From NCBI GenBank assembly GCA_951406725.2, contig OX597814.1, forward strand, positions 181,846,001 to 181,910,000: a stretch of DNA of 64,000 nt, in the 5' to 3' direction. Origin of the DNA: Octopus vulgaris (lineage: Eukaryota). The translations under genes were made by a program, and so were the position numbers. The number at the start of each line of letters is the position of its first letter. Position 1 is the first letter of the stretch. The notes below the pieces were generated by a model. It ran no database searches. It was not told where the DNA came from and saw only the letters and a program-made list of their open reading frames with translations. Of this stretch, positions 13,401 to 26,305 are shown in pieces.

Positions 13401-13688
13401 AATGGCCCAGTGGTTAGGGCAGCGGACTCGTGGTCAGAGGATCACAGTTTCGATTCCCAGACTGGGCGTTGTGTGTGTTTATTGAGCGAAAACACCTAAA
13501 AGCTCCACAAGGCTCTGACAGAGGGTGGTGGCAACCTCTGTTGTACTCTTTAGCCCCAACTTTCTTTCACTCTCTCTTCTTGTTTCTTGAGTAATGCTGT
13601 GATGGACTGGCGACCCGTCCAGCTGGGGGGCGGGAATCATACGCCACAGAAACCGGGCCCATGAGCCTGGCTAGGCTTGAAAAGGGCA
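13401..13688 (+). mobile_element. tRNA(Arg)-derived SINE, 3' variant 1 (V-domain-like)
   Basis: A-box TGGCCCAGTGG, B-box-like GTTTCGATTCC; head shared with 44790-45176; 3' part GATGGACTGGCGACCCGTCCAG..GAAACCGG..ATGAGCC resembles the V-SINE domain (from memory); probably an octopus OR-type SINE. Confidence 0.75.
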
Positions 13689-14699
13689 ATGTTTGTTTTA
13701 TATATATATAAATATATATATATGTGTATGTATGTATGTATGTATGTATGCGTGGTGCAAGAATGAAAAAGCAAGATGAGGTAAAATAGCAAATAGTGTA
13801 TTAGTTTTATGCTCAGGAAAAATAGAAGTCTTTTACATTTCAAACATGCATTCCTCTGCCGAAAAAGTAGACAAGGAGAGAAGTGGATGTATTTCCTAAT
13901 CCTAGCCATGTAGGAAATGGTTCGGTAAAGAGGGAATAATGACTAGCAGGTCAGAAAGAATGACGATAGATGTTACTGTTGCTTTAACAAAAACTAGTAT
14001 AAGCTTTATCTTGTCACCCACTCTAACTACCTCCATCAAGTTTTCTGCTGGTAGTATGTCTACTCCTTCCATACCATCACTACTACCTATTCAAAGAAAT
14101 ATATGCCTTTGTTTCTTGTCTGTCAAGAGTTTGACTGAGGTGCCCTCTATCTTGTCTCTTGCACTTGATACACATATACACACCTTTGCTTTAGCATTTC
14201 TTTAACCTCTAGGCCTACCTTACATTGTATCTATTTTATAGCAGCTCTAAAGCTGTGGTTTTGATATGAAGGGTGGGGTTGCTACCTTTCAGCACCTGAA
14301 AGGAAAATATTTGTGCAAATGTTTGCCAGCAGACATTGGGCTTTGCACATGCTCAAATATCCAAATGTTTCCACTTAATTATTTATTTAATCTCCAATCA
14401 TCAGGGATAGGTGCCTGCAGAATGATATAAGGCACCAAGCTATGCACCAAGAGGCCTCATCAAAGAGGTAGTACAGGAGAGGATATACAGTAAGAAATGT
14501 AAGGAAAATTGACTATGGTGTGTGTGTGTGCGCGCAAACACATAAACACTCATATATGCAGGTAGTGCATCTGTTTGTCTATGCACTAAACAAAAGAAAC
14601 AATATGTAAAAATATTTTTTATCATCATTTTAATGTCTACTTTCACATGCTTGCATGGGTTGAATAGACTTTATTGTGGTAGATATTCAACCAAGCTCT

Positions 14700-15775
14700 A
14701 AATTCTGCATCAGTATTGAACAACACTTCGCACATAGCATTTGAAAGAGATCAAAAGAGGTGGAAATTCATTAGTGCCAAATTAGGAGAGTACTGTGGGT
14801 GTGGCAGAACTTCCCAGACATGCATTTGAATGGCTTCCTTGGTCATATTGGCGATATGAGGGTGGGTGTTATCATGCTGCTGATTACGTCTTTTCTCTTG
14901 AATAGCCGTGTTGAGTCTTTCCATCTGTTGAACATAGAGTTCCACGTTGACTGCTTGATTATGTTCAAGCAATTCATTTAGGATAGTCCCTTCCCAGTCT
15001 CGCCATAAGCACAACATCGTTTTATGCGGATGAAGATCTTGTTTCACGCGTGTTGTTGCTTGTTTACTGAGGCTAAGCCATTCCGTATGCTGCTTCATAT
15101 TGATGTACAGGCACCATTTTTCGTCGCTAGTAATGATTCGGTAAAGAAATCATTGCTTGTTTCCATGAGTTGAGCAGTGATGAGCAAGCAAACCAGCAGA
15201 GATTGTGGCTCATTGATTTTTACTGTTGTCACTTAAAGCATGCGGAACCCATGCTCCATACTTCTGAACCTTTCCCATCAAGTGAAGATGCTTCTCTATA
15301 GCAGTGTGGGAGCATTCCATTTTCTCTGCTAGTTCCCTTGTTGTTTGATGAGAATTTTCATGCAAAAGTTGGTTTAATCGCTCTTCATCAAACTCAACTA
15401 ATCGGCCAAAACAAGGGACATCATTGAGGTCAAAATTTCCATTTTTGAACTTGGAATACCAATTGAGGGGTTCTTTCAGCTATAGCACTCTCTCCATACA
15501 CAGCACAAATGTAGCGAGCAGCTTCTGCAGCCTTGGAACCTTGATTAAAAGCAAAAGGAAGGTGTCGAAAATGTTCGTTTTTCTTAACTTGACATTGCAT
15601 TTTAATGATCTGGGCGGAAAAAAAAAAAGAATTAACTAAAATTAACTAGAAAAAAAACAAAATAGATTCCAAAATGATACAAAAATAGAATCGCAAAAAA
15701 AATAGATTCCAAAATTTAAAAATGCAATGAATTCCAAAATTTAGATAAATGCCGGGAACTTAGTTGCCAGCAATA
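14700..15775 (-). mobile_element. Mariner transposon, decayed transposase pseudogene
   Basis: WVPHAL-like motif near 15240, HDN, LPHPQYSPNLA (ORF 14751-15098); TIR-like end TATTGCTGGCAACTAAGTTCCCG. Confidence 0.9.
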
Positions 15776-15855
15776 TATGAATAAGATATATATATCTCTA
15801 AATAATATATGTATATATCTATAAATAATATGTGTATACATATATATATATATAT

Positions 15856-16922
15856 CATCATCATCATCATCGTTTAGCGTCCGTTTTCCATGCTAGCATG
15901 GGTTGGACGGTTCTACTGGGGTCTGTGAAGCCAGAAGGCTTCATCAGGCCCAGTCAAATCTGGCAGTGTTTCTACGGCTGGATGCCCTTCCTAACGCCAA
16001 CCACTCCGTGAGTGTAGTGGGTGCTTTTTACGTGCCACCCGCACTGGTGCCAGACAGAGCTGGCAAACGGCCACGAACGGATGGTGCTTTTTATGTGCCA
16101 CCGGCACGAGGGCCAGGCGAGGCTGGCAACGGACACGAAATGGGGCGGTGCTGGCAACGGTCGCGAAACGGAAAGTTCTCTTACATGCCACCAGCACTGG
16201 TAACACATCTGCAATTTCCATTGATCGATTTCGATTCTGATCCTCACTTGCCTCAACGGGTCTTCACAAGCAGAGTTTCGACATGCCACCGGCACTGGTA
16301 GCACATCCGCAATTTCCATTGATCGATTTCGATTCTGATCCTCACTTGCCTCAACACGTCTTCACAAGTAGAGTTTTGTGTCCCAAGAAGGGAAGGTATG
16401 CATACGTAGGCTGGCTCCATCCCATGTAGAAGGCCACGGGTTATGGACTCACTTGTCCTGCCGGGTCTTCTCGCGCACAGCACACTTCCAGAGGTCTCGG
16501 TCTCTAGTCATTTCCTCAGTGAGACCTAAAGTTCGAAGGTCGTGCTTCACCACCTCGTCCCAGGTTTTCCTGGGTCTGCCTCTTCCACAGGTTCCCTCAA
16601 CCGCTAGGGTGTGGCACTTTTTCACACAACTATCTTCATCCATTCTCGCCACATGACCATACCAGCGCAAACGTCTCTCTTGCACACCACAACTGATGCT
16701 TCTTAGGTCCAGCTTTTCTCTCAAGGTACTTACACTCTGCCGAGTGTGAGTACCGGCATTACACATCCATCGGAGCATACTAGCTTCATTTCTAGCGAGC
16801 TTACGCATATCCTCAGCAGTCACGGCCCATGTTTCACTGCCATGTAGCATGGCTGTTCGTACACACGCATCATACAGTCTGCCTTTCACTCTGTGCGAGA
16901 GGCCTTTTGTCACCAGCAGAGG
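15856..16922 (-). mobile_element. RTE-clade LINE, 5'-truncated
   Basis: ORF 16449-16946 ([35 protein letters not shown]); nearly identical to 6581-7468. Confidence 0.93.
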
Positions 16923-16935
16923 TATATATATATAT

Positions 16936-17187
16936 ATCATCATCATCGTTTAATGTCCGCTTTCCATGCTAGCATGGGTTGGACGGTTCAACTGGGGTCT
17001 GGGAAGCCCGAAGGCTGCACCAGGCCAGTCAGATCTGGCGGTGTTTCTACAGCTGGATGCCCTTCCTAACGCCAACCACTCCATGAGTGTAGTGGGTGCC
17101 AGACGAGGCTGGCGAACGGCCACGCTTGGATGGTATTTTTTACGTGCCACTGGCACGGAGGCGAGGCTGGCACGGCCACGATCGGAT
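16936..17187 (-). mobile_element. RTE 3' tail fragment
   Basis: Same (CAT)n-GTTTAATGTCCG-CCATGCTAGCATGGGTTGG end. Confidence 0.8.
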
Positions 17188-17229
17188 ATATATATATAAA
17201 TAATATATATGTAAATATATATAATATGT

Positions 17230-18237
17230 ATATATAAGAAATTAAAAAAAGGAAAATACACACACTTTACATAGTTTAATATAATTTTTAATATATCGAC
17301 TGGTTTCGCTTTTGCTATTCATGATATTATGGTTTACTTATTTGAATACGTATTTTCTTAAGAAGAAATTTTTGTCCATGTTATGTGTGATGATATTTAC
17401 GAGTGAATGCCTTCATAAGTAGAGAAATGAGGGGAGCTAATTGGTTATTGTTTTTGTTGTAGGTTAGGGAGATAACTTCAGCTTTCCGTAAGGGGAGGGG
17501 AATATATATATGTACACACAAAAAAGGGTTTCAAAAACTTGTTTAGTGAGGGGATTCGTGATGTAATCGTGAAATATGTAAAAAGATATAAGTTGGTTAT
17601 GCGTGCATATTAAGACGTGTTCTGTATTTTTCAACGAAAAAGTTTCTTTATTTAAATGTTCTTGTGGAGAGATTGTGTCTTTGTACTGGTAGAAGGGGAA
17701 GACTGTGAAATTTGGTTTGATGTTATCTGCACATTTTTCTATATGTTCACTGAGAGGAATTTGCCTGTATTGCGGGGAAACGGATTTGTTCTTTATGTAG
17801 AGTTGTTCTCCTTCTCAAGGTCATACTTGTCTGTCCAATATAGTTGTGTCCGCAACCCGAGCAGGTTATTACATAAATTAGGTTCTCAGAAGCACAAGTG
17901 AAACTAGTTTTAATTGTGAACCTATGTCCTTGTTTGAGAAGGAAATCCGAGCCTTCAAGTTGGGGCAGGTTCCAAAGTTTGGGCATGCACATTTTTTAAC
18001 CGTTGGTTTCGTGGTTGTTTTGTAAAGCTTCGCATTTGTTAGTAGTCTCTTTAGCGATTTGTGTTGCTTTTTGCCTTTGATGAGTTTATGCATTTTCAGG
18101 ATGTTGTTCATTTTTGGATCTCTAGTTAGTAAAGGAAGATTTTGCACAATAGTGTTGAATGCCTCACTGTTTCTGGGGTTGTGTGTTGATATAAATAGTA
18201 GTGTTTCGAGGTTCAGTAAAACAGCTCTCAGGTACAT
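17230..18237 (-). mobile_element. Penelope-like element (Neptune-like), 3' part: RT thumb/Cys linker, GIY-YIG endonuclease, pLTR
   Basis: Frameshifted translation ..KKCACPNFGTCP..FTCASENLIYVITCSGCGHNYIGQT..LRRRTTLHKEQI..FPFYQ..; hammerhead motif in the downstream non-coding end. Confidence 0.88.
17293..17327 (-). ncRNA. Minimal hammerhead ribozyme, A3-U8 core variant
   Basis: Minus strand: atatc ATGAATA gc-aaaa-gc GAAA ccag TC gatat. Confidence 0.65.
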
Positions 18238-18861
18238 TTTGCTCTCTAAAAAGGTACGTGTCTATTTTTTCTATAAGCGTATAAGAATGACTTATTCGAT
18301 ACTTCTTCACTTAGCTTTTATCTTCACTTTTCTTAAATTGGATACATCTGCTCTTAAGTTGCAGAAGTTTGGCAGTACAGTTAAAAATCATTTCTGCTTT
18401 ACTTCTTAGATACAATTTTCCCGTAAATTCTTACAGTTTCATTTCTTGGTGATGATTGAAATGTCAAGCATTTTTTAACTGCTAAAGCAATTCTTTATGT
18501 CATCTTTTTAATGCATCTCTATTAAAACCATCATAGCTTATGCCTAATTGAAAACGATAGATGATCTCTTATCATTTAGCTTCTTGGTTATTCACTATTG
18601 TCCTTTCTAATCAATTTACCGATATTGTCCTTCAAAGCTGCATGTTTTGTTTTAAACATTTCATTAATTTTTTTCTTATTTATCGTTATACATTTTGACC
18701 TGTAATAACAGATAAAGATTAATACTTTGTTCAAAAACGTTAGCATTTTACTTTAAGAGATGGGTTCAAGTTGCAAAAAACTATACTTTCGTTAAACTTA
18801 GTATTTGCTTCTTTAAAAAATCTCATGACGTTTGGCTCAGTAAAAACCATCTTTACAGATA

Positions 18862-19567
18862 ATGCCTAACCGAAAACGATCAATGCTCTGTTCCAAAAGG
18901 AATGCCCTCCTAAAACAGCGAAAAAGGGAGTTGCGTTCACAGGTATGTTTTTCAACATTCATATCATTTCGATTTCGCTTCCACACATTCTCGTGTATCC
19001 CATTTAAATATTGCACTTTCACATGTGCTCTACTATTCCTTTCAGGAAACACCAGAAGCAAGAGAGGCCCGTCTTGCTGCACAGCGTAGTCGTGATCAAC
19101 GCTCACTACTCGAGGAGTCAGCAGAAGCAAGGCAGGCTCGTCTTGCTGCCCAGCGTCATCGTGATCAACGCTCACTACTTGATGAGCCTATTGAAGCAAG
19201 GCAGGCCCGTCTTGCTTTTATGCGTATTCGAAATCAGCACTCACTCCTTCAGGAGTCAGCAGAAACAAGGCAGGCCCGTCTTGCCAGCCAGCATAATCGT
19301 AATCGATGCTCACACCTTGAGGCTAGGGAAAACTGGTTAGCAGGTCTATGTCAAAGAAATGTTGCTGCTGCAAGGGGCACATTTTGGATGAGAGCTGGCT
19401 TCAGATACAGGCCTGCAGATGATTTCTCCAATCACCCAGACGTGACCTTTGGTAAAATGGACAGGGAATGCCAATTTTGTCGAGCTAAGAAGTGGGCTGG
19501 TGAGGCAGCTGGTCTTTGTTGTTCCGGAAGCAAGGTTCGACTTCAGCCTTCTGCTCTCTGCAAATAA
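18862..19567 (+). CDS. Spliced Helitron-derived ORF: STPR repeats + Cys-rich RepHel N-terminal motif (join 18862-18942, 19046-19567; ~200 aa)
   Basis: Phase-0 intron 18943-19045 (GTATGT..TTTCAG); four 23-aa repeats (ETPEAREARLAAQRSRDQRSLLE etc.); FRYRPADDFS..GKMDRECQFCRAKKWAGEAAGLCCSGSKVRL matches the Helitron RepHel N-terminus; no Rep/helicase follows. Confidence 0.72.
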
Positions 19568-19882
19568 AATTTTTACAGATACAGCTGCTTACAAAAATAG
19601 GGATTAATGTATAATTTCTTTCTATGTCCATAATTAAATCAATGTTTTAATGATTACATACACAGAAACACAAGTTGAGTTTTATTGTTAGGATACATAT
19701 ATTTCTATATTGATTGTTTAATTATTATATCTTCATTTATTTTATATTATTTTTGACCTGACAAGTGGCTGTATATTCTTTCTTGTCTTGAGATTCATGG
19801 TCAAACGACTGGGTGGAATTGCGCGAAAAATTACAGATATGTGTAGAATGATGCGGTGGTGATGGTGGGCTTTGTATTTTTA

Positions 19883-20068
19883 CATAGCTCCCATGGTTAT
19901 CAAGATAATCTACTATAATAATACTCTTTTGTTTATGAATGAGGAAGGGGTGATAGATGTATAACGAAGGAAGGGGTGATGTAATTTTTTCATAGCTTCC
20001 ATGGTTTCTGAGATAATGTACTATAATAATCTCTTGTGTTTATGAATGAGAAAGGAAGGGGTGATGTC
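19883..20068 (+). repeat. Imperfect direct duplication, ~108-bp period
   Basis: CATAGCT(C/T)CCATGGTT..AGATAAT.TACTATAATAAT..GTTTATGAATGAG..GGAAGGGGTGAT occurs twice. Confidence 0.7.
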
Positions 20069-20436
20069 ATACTTGGTAGTGGAATGATGAAAATTGTATG
20101 CTGAAAAAAATAAATCAAGCAGCATTTCAACTCTATATATGTATGTGTATGTAAAAGGGAGGGTATGTGAATATGTGTGTGCGCTTGCAATGGAAATGGG
20201 ATGCTTCATCTTTGTTCACTTAGTATTTGGTTTGAGTTTTTGATTTGGTTGAATCTTGGTGCTTTTTTTGCTGGTTAGTTATTTTTAGCATTTTGACAAG
20301 AGATATGTCATTCTAAAGTTGTTTTTTAACATAAGCGTGCCTAAACAAGTCGAATGCATATACAGAGCAGGTTTTACAGCCACATCATCCAAGTATATAT
20401 ATGCATATATATATATGTATATATCCATATATATAT

Positions 20437-20477
<41 letters not shown>

Positions 20478-21419
20478 TGCATATATATGCATATACACAC
20501 ACACACTCTAGTTGGTGTACCCAGTAATTCCCAGTCAAGATGTTCTATTGAAAAACCTTATTACTCTGATGTGAGAAAGGAATTTGGTTACAACTGCCAC
20601 AAAAGATGTATTTTCCGTCACAAAAAAGTACAAAAAACTGTCTGCTGGTGGAGGGAGAGATTGTTGGAGGTTGGCGAGAAAGATTGTTGGAAGTTTGGTG
20701 AGAGGTAAAGACATTATTCTGCTTAACGAAGGTATCTGGGAAATGTATTAACTGCTGTCATTCACAGAAAAACTATGGTTTTACCGTGAGAAAAGCGCTG
20801 TTGAAGTGATAAGTTAAATTTAGCAACCGAGGATCCATGCTATGCCTGCATGAAGTTACTACAAATACGTTGAATAAAATATCTACTGTCATGGAAGAAG
20901 TGTAACTCTAAAAATGCAGAATTATCAGAGTAATTGGTATTCAAGAAAGTATGTATGTATAGAAATGTATGAATGAAGTCTTTAATGTTTAAGATTCAAA
21001 TTAAGGAAGTGCAATGGTAATGTTTATCAGTTCAAAAGTGTGAGTTGTGAAATGCAGAATTAGGTCGGCTGATCGTGAGAATCAAATATTGATCACTTCG
21101 CTAAAATCTGTTTAAATAAAATATTAGTAATATGTAGTAGATAGAAGGATCCATTGAAAGGGCCCTGTTATTGATTGTTTTCAACAGTCTAAGTATGTCA
21201 TGAGGTTTCCAGACATGAATTCTACTCACGTGTCAAAGTATAAAAGAGATATTGTCTGCAAAAATTAGAAATAGAACACACAAAAAGATCAATATTCAAA
21301 GTAATCGAACATAAACAATGAAATGGGTTATTTCTTTTGAGTGTTTAAAAAAAATATTGTACAGGTGTTATGGTATATTTCCCTTGGGTGTTTAAAAAAA
21401 GTAGTTATATGAGGTAGAT

Positions 21420-22580
21420 ATAAAGGTCATCTGTGTTTCCTGCCGTGAGGTAGGCTTGTCTGGAACCCATAACAGGAAAAGATCTAGTTTTGTTTTAAAG
21501 ACACTTACATCCACACCATGCAGGTCTCTCAGGCATTTTGGAAGAATATTAAAGAGCTGTGGGCCCTTGAAACCCAAGCTGTTGCAGTATCTGGTCCTGT
21601 ATTTTTATGATGATGCCGGGATCATTGGCATTATGCAGTGGCGTCCCGTTCTACACTTTGAGTAACTTTCAATGCTGAGTTTGGTACAACGTTCCAGATG
21701 TATATCACTGCATATTTCTCCCGCCTTTGTTTCGAGGAGAAGAGTTTTAATTCTTTACGTCTTTCCCAGTAGCTGACATGTTTCATTGAGACGATTTTCT
21801 TAGTGTAGCTTCATTGCATTGCTTTGAGCTCTACCATGGATTTTTTATTGTGTGGTGACCATAGTTGGGAGGAATAGTCTTAGTGGCTGAGAATGTATGT
21901 CCTTTAAAGGATCATCAATGTTTCCTTTTCTCTTGTTTTGAAATTTCGGAGGGTCCATCCATCCAGCTGTCTGCATTTTATTACCAAATTGGTAATATGC
22001 ACTTGAAAAGATGCATCATTGCTCATGTCAATGCCCAGGTCACGCACTGACTTTGATTCAGGGATTTGAATTCCTCCTCGGCCAGTGTATCCTGTCTGCA
22101 TGTCATTTAGCATTGTGTGCTGGTAGAGTGGGCCTGGAATTTTTCTGCATTTAACTGCATGTTGTCCTCAGCCCACCTGTATATTGCGTCCAACTCCTGT
22201 TGCAGATGTGCAATATTTCCAGGATTTTGTATTGTCTGAGAGATTTTTGTGTCATCTGCATAACTATCAAGGGTAGCTATCTGAGCAGCCAAGGGCATGT
22301 CTGAAAGAGTCACTGTGAACAGTAGTGGTCCCAAGACAGTGCCCTGTGGAATGCTATTTGCATTTCATTGGCCACTACTGCCTGACGTCTATCCTTTAGA
22401 AAGTTGTGCAGCCATTCTCCAAGTTTTCCGCATATGCTGAGATCACACAGTTTGTGACATATACCATGGTCAACTTTATCAAAGTCAAGATATATCATAT
22501 CAATGCTTGAGTCATTCAGCAGCTGTTTTTGCACCTAGTTGTAGTGTTGCAGAAGCTGTGCCAGACAGCTTCTACCTGGA
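21420..22580 (-). mobile_element. CR1/L2-group LINE, decayed RT
   Basis: Fragments IYLDF-DKVDHG, GPLLF, YADDTK, VRDLGI, GFKGPQLFNILP; homologous to 30.8 and 32.4 kb copies. Confidence 0.9.
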
Positions 22581-23364
22581 CACATACATACATACATACA
22601 CATGCATATATGGGTACAGGATGTCACCAATATATATATATATATATATAAAATGTTACATCCTTTGGACTTTCAGTTTTTCATTTTCAATTTGCCTAGA
22701 CACACACACACATACATGCATGTGTGTGTCTGTACTGGTTTACATCTTATTTGCTTAAGAAAATTGCAATATTTAGTCAAAGTTGTCAGTTTCCTTCTCA
22801 ACAAACCACATGACAAATGGTGTTCATCATTTGAGAACAGAAATAATCCTTCACATGGGCCCCTATATAATTTCTGTCTATTAAATTTCACTCATAAGTC
22901 TTTGTTCAATCCATGGCAAAGGTGGAACAATGTTCCTCAAAGTGCTGTGCAGTGGAATCAAACCTGAAAGTACATAGTTCTGAAGTTAGCTTTGTTAATT
23001 ACATCCAAAGTAGGAGGTGATTGTTATGGTTTAGCCTCTTGTGCACACTGATTGAACAGACCTATAATCAAAGGCATTCTACCAATCACCATTCTTTTCC
23101 TTAGCACATTGCACCCAGGACCACATTATCCTCTGATAGTAGGGTATGATTTGAGGGAGGTTTGGTTGTTGTTTCAAGCAAGTCAAGTAGCTTTGTAGAG
23201 ACATCTTGTTGTTTACATATATGGATAAAAGAGTGTGAGCATGTAACTTGTTTCTTCAATTGATTTAAGTTGGTGGTTGGAAGTGGGTGAACCTTTGTAA
23301 TATATCACTGATCTTCATTGTTCTACTGATTTATAAGTATCCTTAATATTAGAATTATCTTTAT

Positions 23365-23545
23365 TTTTAATTTTTTGCTCATTTCAGTCAGTAATGCTGG
23401 GGCATTATCTTAAAGAATTTTAGCTGACCAGACGGACCCCAGTACTTGTTTTTTAAAGCCTTGTACTTATTCTATCAATCCCTTTTGCCAAACAGCTAGG
23501 TTACTGAGACATAAACATACCAAAATCAGTTGTCAAGCAGTCATT
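23365..23545 (-). mobile_element. Diverged SINE family A 3' half
   Basis: GACCCCAGTACTT..GTACTTATTCTATC..TTTTGCCAAAC.GCTA.GTTAC matches the family A tail. Confidence 0.6.
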
Positions 23546-24195
23546 TTATTCTGCAAAACATGCTGAAAAATATGAATATGAAAGTATTAAAGTTATAATT
23601 GTTGTAGGATAAGTATGAAAGATGCTGGATACAAAATTTTCTTTGTATATATTTATTTTAATTTAATGTAACTATTGTCTGTGGGTGCACAATAAACTAA
23701 AAGAAACCAACACTATGATATTGGTGATGGTAGGATCTTGTTCTGTAGAATGACTAAAAGTAAATTGAAAACTTGTTAGCTTCTCAGTTTCTAAAATAAC
23801 AGAATAATTGATATTTAATAGTTATGATGATGTACTTAGTGGTTAATGTGATTAAAACTCCAGCACTATATTATCCTAATCTTTTTAATACCAATCCACT
23901 TGAGTCTGCCTGCACTACAGTATTTGTATTTAGATTAAAATCTTGATCAAAATTTTGTGATGTGAATACTAAGCTTGAAATTTTAGTTGGTCAACACTAG
24001 CATAATAAATACATACAATATATTAATTTAAAAAAACAACAAATAACACCCTCCAAAGTTGTGAATCTTTTCAAAATTAGCTGAAGCAGGTGAGCAGTCT
24101 ACTCATTACAAGTATAATCATGAAATGGTTAGAAGAATCAATCACATATTTGCTTCAGTTCTGCTATACAATTGTGTAATGTTGGAAAAAGTTGC

Positions 24196-24228
<33 letters not shown>

Positions 24229-25177
24229 TAATACATACATGTGTGTGTGTAATATATTTTTGTATTATATAATACTAGTATAAAGATTGCTTTCTTGGTG
24301 GTTTTTCTGCTAGTCATTAAATGATATTTATATATATGATTTCCAATATTTTTTAGTTGTGTAATTTTTCTGATTCAGTGCATCTAATTTTCATTTGTAT
24401 CCTTTATTTGATTGATTGATACTCACTCGCTTAGTAAATATTTCTTTCATTATTTTATCGCAGTTTTAATCTCTCTTTTAAACAAACTCAAAGTACTCCA
24501 TCCTCTACGTGGTCATTTATTATATTAGAAATAGCAGGGATCATGTGGGTATATTCTATTGCATACAGCATACCAAACAGCCATATCAACAAATTCCCTT
24601 CTGATTCTTTTCTTCCAAATGATGCCTGTGTAAAAATTTCAAATTGCCTACCTACTCCGGTAACTTGAAATTGCATTCAGATTGGGTGGGGAGGCTTGGA
24701 TAAAATTGATTTCATCCTATCCTTTGTGATTTCAGATTACCTTCTCAAATCCCTCCCCAAATGGTTGTTGTCTTGGTAGCAAGTAAAGTGCTTTCTGTGT
24801 GTGTGTGTGTGGGTGTTAAGTACATGTGTTTAAATCATAGAGAAAGAGTTTTGAACATCTACTTTGTTGGTTCAAGTTGAAGAAGTTGCATTTACAGTGT
24901 ATTAATATATTTTTTATTTTATAATTGTGAATGACTATATTTTGCATATGAATATATTTTGTTTGCATTTGAAGTATATGTCTATTTATATATTTTGTTT
25001 TGCATAATATATATTTCAATCACTAAAAGTTATTTTAAAAAAATTGCAGACTCAGAATCTCTGTTGTTCAAAGGTGTTTTTTAAAGGCATCATAAAAATG
25101 TTAGGGGATATATTGCGACAATAATCATATTGAAAATCTTACTGTTGGTTCTAATGTGATTATTATATCTTTTCAGT

Positions 25178-25223
<46 letters not shown>

Positions 25224-25664
25224 ACATGTTGGTATTAATAACATATATAAACACACAATTGCAGAGATACAGACATGGGAATTGATATTTTTTTTTCTTT
25301 TTTTCTGTTCATTATATGAACTATAGTAACATAAGCAGTGGAGGTTCAACAAAGGAATCAACTACTGAAAATATATTAACAAAGAAGATGTGGAAAGAGA
25401 GAGAGGGGGAAGCAAGACATTAAAAAAAATGCTTTCTCTCAGATTAAGATTTGAAAAAAACAATTGCAGGGAATTAAAATTATTTAACTGAGAACATTAC
25501 ATTTTGATAAAAAAAATATATTAAAACTAGAATTTTAAAGAATTTTCTAGACCGTAGAGACTTTAATAATTGCTTTCTCAGTTACAGCACTTACACAAGG
25601 GTCGGCTGAAAAGCTCTTAGGCTGACCAAGGTACTCATGGAATAAAACCAAATAAGGATTATAA

Positions 25665-26305
25665 GAATAATAATAATAATGAAATTATTGTATATAGTGC
25701 TCAGGTGCACTACAACTTGTTAAAAGTGCATATAAAGCATATGCAGTAATGTACAAATGTCTGGAAAGTGAACAGTGTATGAGTCAGATACATGCTTGCA
25801 TGTGTATGGAGGGAGAAAATCAGGTGTAGTGTTGGCGAATCTCAGGAAGCATGGAAGTTTTGAAGGATGAAGTGCTCCGACAACTAACAACTGATGCCAG
25901 CAGTTTGTTCCATGCTTCAGCAACTCTTAGCGTGAAAAAATGTTTTCGAAAGTCATGGGAGCTGTGCTGTTTTCTGAATTTGTAAACATGTCCACGGGTG
26001 TTAGACAGATGGAGTTTGAAAAGGTGCTCAGTGTTATTGTTATTAAGATGGTTAATAATTTTATGGATGTCTGCCAAGTCAGCTGCCAGACGTCGGAGTT
26101 TCAATGTATCCATGCCCAGGGAAGTAACGCGTTCAGAATATGGCAAATGCCTGATGGAGGGCATTCTCTTGGTTGCACGTCGCTGAACGGTTTCCAGATG
26201 ATTAATATCCTGGGCAAGATAGGGGTTCCAGACCGGTGATGCAAATTCCAGATGAGTTCGCACCATAGCTATATAAAGCCTCGGATAAATAGAAGTCAAC
26301 TTCAT
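25665..26305 (-). mobile_element. CR1-clade LINE 3' end
   Basis: ORF 25820-26305 LYIAMVRTHLEFASPVWNPY..LETVQRRATK..TRGH..FFTLRVAEAWNKL; 3' UTR ends in (ATT)n. Confidence 0.92.
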
